The notes below the pieces were generated by a model. The model saw only the letters and a program-made list of their open reading frames with translations, was not told where the DNA came from and searched no databases. This document shows positions 50,744 through 63,434 of a stretch of 64,000 bases of DNA, one piece after another; position 1 is the stretch's first letter; every line of letters begins with the position of its first letter. Source of the DNA: Paraspadella gotoi (taxonomy: Eukaryota > Animalia > Chaetognatha); assembly GCA_051294375.1 (NCBI GenBank), contig CM119270.1, positions 19,727,741-19,791,740 of the forward strand. The letters run 5' to 3'. The position numbers were made by a program, and so were the translations under genes.

Positions 50744-52002
50744 GTAACTCGGCAAATCACAACCTAACTTTACTCAATGTATTTGTATTTACGACGTGTT
50801 TTCAATAGGTTATCTCTCTATACATGTATGTCGAAAGTAAATCGTATCTTTAACTTTTTTCTCTGAACAAATTTAGAAAGCCATCCTCGATATATTTATC
50901 TTTTTCTTGAGTATACATTTAGTTTTCTGTCCGAGCGGATTCTATCTTCGTCAATGATCACTGGTTTTGTTCATCGTCTTGCATCATCCTAAACGATTCT
51001 GCAATCATCAGATTCCTAGGATTTGTCAACGTCCTATTTTTCTTGCATTCCTTGCCTACTCTTGCAAACTCTGGCTAACTGTTTAACTGCTCTTTTTTTC
51101 TGTACCGTAGCGATATACGTCAAAGAACCTAGATTGACCTTATTTTTGTTATATAAGTAGAATAAGCCAATACTACTGAACTAATTAAGTTTTCAATCCT
51201 TCGTTTGGTCAAAACGAAAACCAAAAAAAACAAACAAAGGAATCGAAACATCTTCGCTAATGAGACGGAAAAAAAATTTATTGGTAATTTTTTTCGTATC
51301 GATTTTTAGAACAAGTCATAGGTACATTACAAAGAGCAGAAATCCACCTGGAAAAGCCATTTGGCAAATATCGTATATAAGTGCCAGTGTAGGAACTTAA
51401 TTTAATAAAATAACATAATACAATGAGAAAAAAAACTCCCGGTTGAGTTGAGTCAGATGAATGATATCGGAGAAATATATTTGACACTATCGTATATAAA
51501 TTTACAATCATTCATAAAATTCATCTGCCTCAAAACTAACAAGGTTTCTACTATTTCTTCATGATTGGAAATCCCAACGTAATTAAAGGGGAATAGGAAA
51601 TAACTAGTATGGATTGTCCTTTGCCAATGTGAATAGTAAATAAACTAAGCAATAAAAAAACATGGCCTTCTCAAGCACATAGAAATATATTTGTATTTGT
51701 TATTTGAGGATATGTTTGTAAACTGTAAATGCATAAGATTCGTCTTGAGAAGATCATTGTTAGCTGGGAATGTTTAATACTTAAGCCTTTGAACTAAAAC
51801 GAACTGGTTTTTTTTTTTCAAAAAGAAAACTAAAAAAAGTCCTGCAAAGGCAAATATGACTGCAACATGAAATTTAAAATTCGTCTCTCTTTTTCTCCTG
51901 GCAAAATGACTTCAGTGGCCAGAGGCGGCGTAATATCGCGTCAAAGAAAAAGAGAAAGAAAAAGAGACAGAGACAGAGACAGAAAAAAAAAGAGAGAGAG
52001 AC

Positions 52003-52063
<61 letters not shown>

Positions 52064-55000
52064 GTGTAACATGCGATTAGAAAGAAAGGTGCTTTTTTGT
52101 TCTCTAAAAAGTAGCAAATTATTTTTTTTTAAAGTTAAAATTTCTCTTTCAAAAGACATTAAATGACTAGAAACAAAGATTCTTAAAAATTCAAACACTC
52201 TAAATTTGACTAGGGTAAAAATAAGCATCACAGAAAAGCGCACCTTAAAAACAAATTTTGGCAACCAGGCATGGCAATGTAAAAAAAGGTACAAAAGTTT
52301 AATATTTTTTTTCCTGAATATAATATGCATGAAATCGGTTTCCAAATTTACACGAGACTCCTGATGGTTTCCGCGACTTTCAATTAAAAAATGTAAAAAA
52401 ACAAAAAAAAACAAAAAAAAACCAAGAAATTTGTTACGCGAAAAATGATAACAAAATTTTTTTTTCTAGAGTAAATGTGAACGAAAAATCAAGTTAAGCA
52501 GAATCTTGAAAAAAAAAACTATCTGCTTAGAATGAATGCTAGATATGATATAAGTTGTATCTGATACTTATATATATGTAAGGGACAGCTGGACAATTAA
52601 CAAATAAAAAAACATGCTTTCATCTCACTAGATGAAAACGCTACAATGTGATGAGACATTGTAAATTGTTAGCTAAATGATAGTTTTTTTTTCTTTTTTT
52701 TCTTTTTTGGAATGAGGATACATGTTTTTTTTTTATTTCTAAACTCGTCGAAAAGGCAATTTATACACGGTTTGTCTAAGAAACTTGGAATGATTCGTCA
52801 ACGTGATACGACATTCTCGATTTCAGAGAAGTGGGGCCGGGATTTCTTTCTTTTTTTTTTTTTTGATGTTTCCTCTTCCAGAGTTTCGTATTAGGGTATT
52901 TTCTTTTTTTTTTTTAGTTAAATACTTTTTCTTGTTATGCAATGAGTTGATTTTGCTTTTCAAACGATTAAGATTAAGTAGGTTTACGTTAAAGCATTTG
53001 TGTTTTTATTGTTTTTTGTTTTGTGTTTTTTATTGTGTCCTGATTTTTCGTTCCAATTCACAATCCACGGGGGCAGTGAACGCGAAGGAGTCGCGTTTCT
53101 CCGAGTTCGGAATTCACAAGGAGGCAGTGAATACGAACTGGGATGGATACCTTTATTTTTTTTTTTCGTTTTAACATAAATTACTCATTCTTTTCTTTTC
53201 ATCGAGTTCGACGCGACAAGCTTTATTCACGCGGTCCAGTGTTCGGAAAAATAATTATAATTAATAATAAAGTAAAACTAATGAACTAAAGAAAAAAACC
53301 TGCAGCCAAGTTTTTTTTTTTCAATGAAAGCTACATTTTTTAAATCTTTTTTAACTTTCTTTTATTAAATCGCTGCTAGTTGCAAATATTTGTCTCTTAA
53401 CATTCCATCATTTTTATAACGACCTAATAAAATGAATCCTAGCGTCCAAAATAAAATAAGTTTAAAATAAATTTTGTTTAAATTCACAAACATTTATAGA
53501 AATAGAAAAAAAAAGGGGAAGCAGGAGTGCGACCAGAATTGGGATCGTCTGCTACTCTGAAAAGAAAATACTTAAAAATTGGGGAGGAGAAAAACGAAAA
53601 ATTATGGGGAAGAAAATTAAATTATGGGGAAGAAAATAAAAATAATTTTTTTGGGTTAAAAATAGAAAATTTTCAATTTTACGCTTGAAATTTTTTGAAC
53701 ACTGGTGGCTGGTGGTAGCATCACAAAGTTAGCAACATGCGCTGTCGTATTGGGTATATCGGTACGTGGGATTTACTTTATTAGAAAGGGAAGAAAGAGC
53801 CGCGCGAAGAAAGAGAGAGAGAGACGAGAGAAGAGAGAGAGGAGAGAGACGGGAGGAGAGAGAGAGAGAGAGAGAGGAGACGAGAGAGAAGCCGGAGAGA
53901 GAGAGAGAGGAGAGAAATTCCAATACAATCGGCTTGGAATATTTAGACCAAGCGTCACATGATATCAAAACACTTCAAAAATATTAATTATAAAAAAACA
54001 CGTTTAAAGTATGAAGGGTCCTTAAATAGATATGTAAATAATCTTGCGGTTAAATTTATGGAAATGACTTAAATCGCCGAATAATTGTTTTTTTTTATCA
54101 ATGCGTTCTTGGTCGTCGGAAAGATGAATTAAGCGACGGTGATCTTGATCATAAAATAGTAATATTTGCGCAATTAGCACAGTTGATTAGCACAGTCGAT
54201 CGCAGCTGTTTCAACATTCATTGGATAAAGATTTGATATTAAAAAAAATACGCTAACAGATATATCGAGAAATTAATTCCTTCGTTACCGAAGATGCCGA
54301 TAATCCTCACGAAAAAAAAAACAAGAAATACTTTTTGTCCTTTTTTCAAAATCTCTCAAATCTGTTATTATCGATGCTCATGAAAGTTAAATACAACGAA
54401 AGGTAAATATAAAATAGTTGAAAAATTACGTTTAAAGACATGAAATAATTTATCCTCGTCATAGAATATGATCGGATAATACATTCACCGGAGATGTAAA
54501 GTCAACTGTGATCACTCGCGCAAAAAAATGAAAGTTTATTCGATTCTATATATAAATTGACAGCCGTATCTTTTATTGCTATTAAATACTCGTTACAGCT
54601 ACAATATCTTTTAAGTAAAATTTCGATCCTGCATTTTTTAATTATTTTTTTGCTCAATGTTGAGGAAACAAAGAAAGAAACAAAGATTTGACTCACGAAG
54701 GAGTGATGGAGGGAAAGAGAAAAGAGAAAAGTAGAGAGATTAATCAAGAGTTTCAAACGGGATATAACTAATTAGGGTTGAGAGAGTGACACGACACGTG
54801 GCAGAACGATGGACGTTTTTAAACGACGTTGACGCGACTATTGTTAAGTCACAAACGTGACGTAACGTCACGTCAATCGCAGTCGTTTACCATCCACGTT
54901 GTACATCTAAAAATTAGAAAGAGGTGGAGGGGGGATTCTTGTTACAACAAAGAAAACGAAATGATTTTCTAGGAAATACAAGTTTATTTTAAGGGGAAGA

Positions 55001-57180
55001 GAGTTTAAAAGAATTTTTAAAAAAGGGAGAAAAAACGTGCAGGCACATAATTGTGGTCTTCCAGGCCAGACGGTCCTTATGAACTTTTTTTTTTCGTACG
55101 TAGGGTACAAAAAAAAATGTCTTGGTCGTTTCGTCGTTGTTGTTGTAGTAGTGATTAAAAAAAATCTTCAAATTGTTTCGAAAGGTTGCCTCTGTTCGAT
55201 ATCACGCTGTGCGATTTTAAGCTCGTTTTTATTTGTGTTTTATTTTCTATTTTTTATCGGTTGTCTTTTTGTTTTGAGATTATTAGTAGAAAAGTGAGTC
55301 CCGTTTCTTTCCCTTTCGATTGCGACCAAAAAAAGTATCGAGTATAAACTTTGTACCAATATAAAAACTAGATATATTTTTGCTAACATTTTTTTTTGTT
55401 CACTTTCGATTTCTGAGAAATAGATGCCCGGGCGCAAGTGACAAAACGGATGACCAAACCAAAAAATCGTAGAGGGAAAAAACGTCGACAATTTAAATTC
55501 GACTGTGTATAAATCTTTAGGGTTTTCAACTTTTTTTAATTCATTGAACGAAGAAAAAAAAACTGGATGTGCGCGAAATTAAAAAAAGGGACTCAAAAAC
55601 TACCAATGGTCATAACAAAAACAGATTCCGGCTCATTCTCGTAGGATTTCCACAGGCTTCTCTTATTTTTTGGGCGTTTGTTTTCTTCCAAGGATTTTTT
55701 ACCGCGGGGAAAATAAGGGCCATTGTCGGCTAATACTCCCCTTCGCACTATTTTTAATTTTTTTTAAAAAAACGTCTTAATGATTTCGATTTTTAATTTA
55801 AATTATGTAAAAAAAATGATAGAAAAACTCGTTTCCTTCCAATTTAGAGGAAAAGTGATTCAAAAACGCGGTAAAACACGAGGGCGACACGGCTTAAGTT
55901 CTTGGATGGAATAGTTTTTTTGGCTGAATGATTAAAAAACCATGGTTTAATTTGTATTTGGCAGAAAAATAAAATAAAAATTAAACGAAAGGGAAAAATA
56001 AATAAAACAAAATGCTTATTTTTTTAAAAAACAGATTTACTGATCATAGACAATTTCACTTAACTAAAATTAAAAAAAATAAGGAATTAAAAATGATTAG
56101 TAACGTTACGAATCTAACTTCTACTTCTTAATAATAGTTTATACACCTTAAGCGAAAATGATTAAAAATTGATAAAAAGAACCCAGGAGCACCCAGAGAG
56201 TCGGCAAGGTTGGGAAATAAGAATGTGATGTCTCTAAAAATTGTGAGAGAGAATAAAAGTAACTCTATGAAGAATGGGAGAGAGGGAGTGAGAGACAGAG
56301 AGCGAGAGAGAGAGAGCGATAGCGAGCAAGCGAGAGAGAGCCGAAGGAAGCGAGAGAGAGAGAGAGAGAGCGAGAATTATCTTAAAAGATTTGATGTGTG
56401 GAGACGTCATTTAAAAGTGCAAATTAATTAATATTTTCTTCGAAGCGCGGGGTTTTTGTTTCTGCAAAAAAAAAACAACTAATAAAACATAAGCCTTACA
56501 TCGTCGGTCAACTCTTTTTTCGCCATCTCTATTTTCAACGTTCACATTCTTAAAGTTTAAGTGACATTACTCAAAATATCTTAACCGTTAGACAATTAAA
56601 ACCCACAATCACGAACTCAGGTGTTAAAATATTTCTTGGATGATAATCACGATTCGTTTTATACAGTTTATATTCGAATTAATTCTAATCGTAAAATAAG
56701 TTTGGCTTAGAATTAAACTCGTGTAACTATCCGTATAACGGACAGCGTGCGATCCTTAACGAACGTAAGAAATTACAAATTCATGATTACTCGGTTCAAT
56801 ACGTCGCACAAAATATTTGAATTCGAATAATGTTTAAATATCAAGCCTTTACTTCATCTACGGACCTCACTCCATCGAGCAACTAAAATATAGTACAAAA
56901 ATAATTAAAATTAATAAAAGCCGAGATGCCGAAAAAAGAACGCGACCGAACGATTATCTTACATAAAAATTCAATCGTGTCTTAAAACTAAAAAAAAAAA
57001 AATTGTTTTCCAAATTTAATTTCTTTGCGGTTTTTTTTTTTGTTTTTTTCGACCGAGCGCATATATATTTATTTTAACGTTAAAAGGGGGGTTGACGAAG
57101 GTGGCGGCCTTTCCGCAACGCCCCTCGATTCCCCCCCCTCCCCACCACTCCCCCCCTCAAAAGCGGCGAGGTGGGCGCCT

Positions 57181-59618
57181 TTAAACGTCAACCACCATCT
57201 TCTTGTGAACGTCCGTGTTCCCGATAACAGCGCAAACTCTTCGAAGCTAATTTTCCCGTCGCCGTCGTGGTCGTGGATCTGAATGGTCTTGTCCACGATT
57301 TGCTGCAATTGAGTGTCTTTCAAGTTGGTGCCCACCATCATTTTTCAGGACCTTCGAGGAGAGTCGAAGGGGGGGGGGACGGAGGGAGGGGGGTGGGAAG
57401 AGAGGGGGGCAGGGTGGCGAAGAGTTTAATTATATACGGAGGGATGTATTATATCTCGAGAAAAAAAGGGGAAAAGGTTGAGCCGAGGGGAAAAACGATC
57501 GAAAAAAAGAGTATCGTCGGAGTTTAATTTACGAATATATACGTTTGAAATATAAAATTAACAGTAGGAAGCGATAAAGATGAAAATTTAGTTAGCCGGT
57601 TGGTTGAGCCGTGATGAGACTCCGCATAAGTTGATAATCGAGTTACGTAATAAATCAAACGCTGTGGCGAATCCTAAATTCGCCTCCCGTATAGCCTGGT
57701 GAAACTCAGCTCGTCCCATTGGCTTGGACAGCCAAGTACTCTTTCACCAACCGTGAGTTCCGGGTTCAATACCCTCACGGTCACGCTGGTTAAAGTGTGA
57801 TTGTATCGGCATAAACACGCCAGTGACATGGGGTCGTTCACTGCAGGTCCAAAGCCCTGAGCGCCAGCTGCCGGGAGATGCCTCACACCCCAGGCATCAC
57901 ACATGTCCCTCCGTTGCCACAACGCTCGATTTCTCTTCAAGATGGTGAAGAAATCTCGGCTAATGTGAGGTCATGTTACATCGCTCCTCATGTCACTTAC
58001 TTGGAAGAGTTCTCCGTTAGAAATGTAACCATCACGATCCATGTCGTAGATCCGGAAAGCAAAGCGGAGCTTTTGTTCTTTGTCACTTTTGACACTGAAC
58101 TGTTGCGGGGGGGGGGAAGATGATAATGATATTGTTAATAGGGATATTAATAGAGAGAAAGCTGACAAGTGACTTTACTTTTTTATTAATGGAGGGTAAG
58201 AGAGAAGTAGAGGGAGAGGGAGTTAAGATCAGGAAAAGAGAGAGGGAAAGTTGTTGACAATTGGAAATGAAGGAAAACTGTATTAGAAGTGGGATGATCG
58301 TTAAAGAGAAGACAGAAGTGAGAGATAGAGCGAGTCAAAGAGTGAGTGGAAGGGTGAGAGAGGGAAAAGAAAAGGGAGAAAGGCGTAATGCGAATAGGAG
58401 AGCGGCTCAGCAAGATGAGCATTTATGAATCTTGAAAGAGAAAAAGTTGAAAAGAGGAAAAGAGGGAAAAAAATACTTTAATGAGTTTTTCTATGGTGAA
58501 CTGACAGAGACACAGCGAGAAAAATGCGGGAAAAATATTTATGAATCGCATCAGTTATTCTGGGAGAGAGAAAAACAGAGAGAGGGAGGGAGTGGAAAAA
58601 GACACGCTGATGTTTCCGGTAAACAATAATTAAATTAAAAACAAAATACTAAAACGTAATAAAACGTAATAAAACAAAATTAACCTAAAACCATAAAAAG
58701 AAGCAAATAATAAACAAAACAATATTACCAATTTATTAAAACATTACTTAAATTATTAATATCATTAATTCTTATTATTAATCAGATTATAAAATAATAA
58801 TAATAACCTGAGACAATCCTTCGATGAATTCCTTGAAATCCACCTCCCCATTTCCGTCTGTATCGAATATATCTATGACTCGTTGGACTAAAGGGTTTTG
58901 CTGCAATTCTGGCAGCGACATAAATTCGTCTGTAATCGAGGGAAAAATAAACATACATTAATAAATGAGTTTAACTACATTGAAAACAAATTAAATATGG
59001 GATAGAATTAATCAATTCAACAAGCGTTTCCCTAATCTACTCAACCTACAATAAGCCCAATCTATTAAAAGTATCTATGTTCAATGTGCCCTATAAACTT
59101 ATGATCAATAAACCCAATCCATCCTAGGCAATTAGTGTCATTAAGCTGTATCCCAAAATATAGCTATATCAATGACTCCCATCAAACTATTGCACCTAAT
59201 GTTTCAAAAGCCAAATTCACCCAACTATGGTCAATGAGCCCAATCTACCCTCTGCTCACTGAGTCTAAAATCACATCACCTACTCTCAATGAGCCCAATC
59301 TACCCAATGCACCTATGCTAAATAAGCCCAAACTGCTCAACACACCTATATTCAATGAGCCCAAAACCCACATACCTATGCTTAATGAGCCCAATCTACC
59401 CAACGCACCTATGCTTAATGAGCCTAAACTAACACACCTATGCTCCATAAGCCCAAAACCAATGCACCTATGCTCAATGAGCCCAATCTACCCAACGCAC
59501 CTATGCTCAATGAGCCCGATCCGTCCAAATCAAGTTTTCTGAATCGTTTCCCCAATCTCTTTATCTCTTCTGCGTCGAATGTCGCGCATTCCAGGGGCAG
59601 CGAGGCTTCGTTCCCCAT
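57181..59618 (-). CDS. PPP3R1: calcineurin subunit B (Ca2+-binding regulatory subunit of PP2B, 4 EF-hands)
   Basis: Exons 59618-59501, 58929-58808, 58099-58001 and 57351-57181: [40 protein letters not shown]|[40 protein letters not shown]|[33 protein letters not shown]|[23 protein letters not shown]…HKKMVVDV*. The last exon has two homopolymer indels (+A, -T), probably sequencing errors. Confidence 0.96.
57714..57925 (+). mobile_element. tRNA-derived SINE in calcineurin B intron 3 (antisense to the gene)
   Basis: A-box-like TGGCTTGGACAG, B-box-like GGTTCAATACC inside a CCGTGAG…CTCACGG stem, and a body shared with 8900-9010. Confidence 0.6.
59040..59517 (-). repeat. 29-33-bp tandem repeat built from the exon-1 end plus the 5' splice site of calcineurin B
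   Basis: Unit GGGCTCATTGAGCATAG|GTGCGTTGGGTAGATT; the first copy is the true exon/intron junction. Confidence 0.9.
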
Positions 59619-60838
59619 CGTAGAACGGTTGTGATGTTATTGGCTGCGGAAAAAAAAAAGAGTTTTGAGAGTGGAAGAGACGCGAAACCGGTAACTCCAA
59701 TATGAAAATGAGTTCTACTTTGTTCCATTAACAAGATCGTCTTGCCTCAGAATTTAGATGGACTGCGGTTGGTTTTAAGGCCTTTATCCTACTGTATTAG
59801 GAGATCCTGCTTTCACTCAAGAATCGAAGTATAGTTCACCGTTTAACTAGTTAACTACTAGAGAGCTTAACGGCCCTTTCAACGAAATATAATATTTTTT
59901 GTTTCAATTAAAAATAAAAATTATAATTAGGTGGTTGCGTTACAAGTTTGAAAGACGTTAGTATCAGCGGGAAGGCAACGGAACGACGCCAACAGTTTTG
60001 ACACACGAGAATAAATGTTCGAATTTTGTGTTAGTTTTTTTAAAACAAAATTGATTGAAAAACCCGAAATAGTTTTAAAATCGCACATTTCACAATTGTA
60101 CATTGAATTCCAATTACAAAGTATGTAATCCTTGAGATCGAGAGCGCAGTAAAAATCGACCCTCAAAAAAATTCAAAGGTCAGACTGACGGTTAATCAAC
60201 AGTAATTCATTTAAATCTGTTTTAAATTCGGATTATTTAACTGTAACAGATTCTGATTGAAAAGGTTTACCGGGATCTTAATACGAAAACAGTTACGACA
60301 ATGAACATATTGTTGTTTGTAGTATTGAAAATCTCTTTCAGTCGTTAGATAATTCTTAGTAAAGAGGTTATTAAAAGACGCCCCAAAATCTGATTAAATT
60401 TACTGTCGCTTTGAATTGACTTTTTTTGAGTTAACCCAAAAAAAAAAAGCAATAAGTTTTTAAAGCAACAAATAGCGAAAAAAAATTGAGCAAATAACGG
60501 TACAAAAAATTAAGAAAATGTCGGAAAAACGTTAGTCCGAGGAGCTGTCATTGAAGTTGCAAGAAACGGAAGAAAAAGTAGGGTAAAAGTCAGTCGGTCA
60601 GTCCTGATGCTGGTTCTAAGTTGGCCGCATGAAAACGCTCAACTTACATGCTAAGGATGAACTGGTTTTCGAGAAAACTTTTAAGTGTCATCCTTTAAGT
60701 TTAATTTAAAAAAGTCATAATAAAAAAGGTTGAAAAGTAGATATGTAGATCAGATATACAATTATAAACACCAAATAACTAAAGAGAATTTTGCCTATCC
60801 TCTCAGCCACCCTAGCACCAAATCGATTTATTCTTCAC

Positions 60839-61134
60839 CTGATTGAAAGAGTTACGAAAGAATTTCCAGGACGGGGATTCCACGGCTCGAGTTCGCGAGG
60901 CTGGGAGTTCCGAACGCGACGCCAATCTCCGGGCGTCGCAGCCTGATTCGAGGCGAGGCTCGCAGAGTCTATCCCTGGCGCCGCAAAGTCGATCCCTGGC
61001 ACCGCGGCCTGTCCTTCAGCGAGGCTCACAGAGTTTCTTGCGGACCCGGCGGCGCCCGCCTCATTCGTTCTCGAGGATGAGTCGGCGTCGGCAGCGGCGG
61101 CGACGGCGTACTTGGCGGACTCACCACGACTCAT
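60839..61134 (-). CDS. GC-rich ORF/first exon upstream of calcineurin B (possible uORF or alternative first exon)
   Basis: ATG-initiated open frame of about 99 codons (MSRGESAKYAVAAAADADSSS…) ending at a candidate AG|GTGAAG donor. No recognisable domain. Confidence 0.35.
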
Positions 61135-62471
61135 TTGAATTCTTCATTTTGGGGAGAATCGCTGTTTTCTTTTTTGTTTTTTTTGTTTTTTTCGCAGTTT
61201 TTTTTTTTTTTTTTTTTGTTGGTTGCCGTTTTCTGGAATAGATTAAAAAGGTATAGTATTTTGAAATACGATATAAATTTCGCTGGAAAAAAAAATCTAC
61301 AATATAAGATCACGTCTCCTAATAACTTTTTTTTCGAATCTCAGCGTCGGAAAGAGAGAGAGAGAGAGAGAGAAGAGAGAGAGAGAAGAGAGGAGAGAGG
61401 AGAAAAGAGAGAGAGAGATGAGAGAGAGAGAGTTACGTGGGGGAGGGGCCGACGTAAATACTGGATCTGTTTTGGCGATAAAAGTTCTCCGCGCGGATTT
61501 ACGGAGAAGAGAGAAATGAAAACAGACAGAATGAGCAATTGCAAGAAAATAAGAAAGAATGCAAAAGCATCCGGGAAATAAGATTAAAATTATATTGATT
61601 CGTAAGGTTCGAGCGACGTTGGCGGATTTCGCAACGTTGCCTCATTTTGTCCCTGATCCCCGGAATGCTTTTGGATTAAAAATGCTTCCGGCATTCGGTC
61701 GACTCTTTTGGGCTCGAGTTTTCTAATTGGGCGTTTTTGTCTTCGGTTTTATTTTGATTTCAATTACTAGTGGCAAGAGAATTAAAAACAGTTAGAAGCG
61801 GCGGTTAGTTTATTCGAGTTTTACTACTGGGGGGGAGGGAAATACAAATCTCTTTCCAAAGGATCTTCAACCTCTCCACACAGATCCGGTATAAAAAGTT
61901 AACGAATTAAATTAAATTGATCTAATCTAATTGTTACGACCCGCCGGTACGAGAAGTCCTTCGGACGAAGTTAATTCCAAACTCAGATATCGCGTTTCCC
62001 GAGTCTTCGGTTCTAACATAATAAACGTATAAAAAGAAAATTTAAAGACAACAAAGAATTCGGTTGATGTTTTAATTTTAATAACGTGAACGGATTGAAG
62101 AGAAAAGGAAAAGGTGATCAATCGCGAATATTGAAGATGTGAAAATGGAGAGAAAATAATGCGAATCACTGAAACTGTACGAATATTCTTTTTTTTTTTA
62201 AATTGAAGATTCTCTTTCGATTTACGGAGATCTCGACCCGACGGAAATTCCTAGGGTCAACGAGATCAACTTAAGGAGAAAAAAAAAAACTTAAACGATA
62301 AGAGTCGAAAAATCAGGTGCGCGCCTCTCTCTTCGACAGACCAGCAGGAGAGAGAGAGAGGGAGAGACAGAGAGAGAGAGAGAGAGAGAAGACTGGCGGC
62401 GGGAGAGAGGGAGGTAGACGACGAACGTTGGTCGAGTTACTATTCGAGGAGATATCGTTGCCATCATGCAA

Positions 62472-62537
<66 letters not shown>

Positions 62538-63372
62538 CTGAAAATCCAGTGGAAGAGTCCGAGGGAGACGACGAAGAGGAGAGAGGGAGGAGTGAGCCAG
62601 TCGGCGAGAAGTAGGCGTTAGTGCGAACCGTGTATGTCAGAGAGAGCGGGAGAAAGAGAGAGAGAGAGACAGAGATATGACACCAGTTTTCTAGCTCGGA
62701 GGAAAATCAGGTTCCACGCTCAAAGGTGTTTTACCTATCGCGCGATCGATTTTGAGACACCCAGATCCACATTTAATACGAGAGAAAAGGAATTAAAAAA
62801 CAAGTTTCTTAATTTTATTCTCTCTTCGATAATCTCTCCTTTTTCTCTCCCTCTGTGTCTCAACAACGACGCCACTTGACAGCGGAACGATGTGCTCGTT
62901 CGGGGCCCGGTAAGAGATAGAGAGAGACTGGCACGACGTGAGCGCAGCGGCGCAGCTGCGGTAGCGGTGGCCACGACCAGCCCAGCGGCTGCAGCAGCAA
63001 CGCAGTCACAAAAACAGGAGCCAACGTTGGTGAAGACGAAAAAAATATGTTTATTTCTTTATTAATTTTTTTCTGTTAAATTATTTCATTACCTTTTTAT
63101 GTCCAAGGTAAATAATCTTTTTTTCGTTTCTGAGATAAAAACCAAAAAAAAAATGTTTTGAAAGTGAGAGCTAGACAGAGATTGAGAGAGTGAGAGATAG
63201 AGAGAGAGACAAACAGAAAAAAGAAAGAGAGAGAGAGAAAAAAGCCGCCAATCTCTGGAAATCTTAATCCAGGTTTGGTGCTTGATAGCATGAGAGAGAG
63301 CGATGAAAAGAGCGAGAGAGAGAGAGGAAGGCGCGTCTTCTCTTAGTGATGCGACCCTCATTTCCGGAACCG

Positions 63373-63434
<62 letters not shown>

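Noticed and set aside
57181-57351. Programmed frameshifting or pseudogenisation of calcineurin B (+1 A near 57341-57345, -1 T near 57234)
   Set aside because: Both indels lie in homopolymers of an error-prone assembly, and the protein is otherwise highly conserved.
59665-59700. GAGT…GAAACCGGTA-ACTC hammerhead-like 3' half
   Set aside because: The CUGANGA box and stem II are absent.
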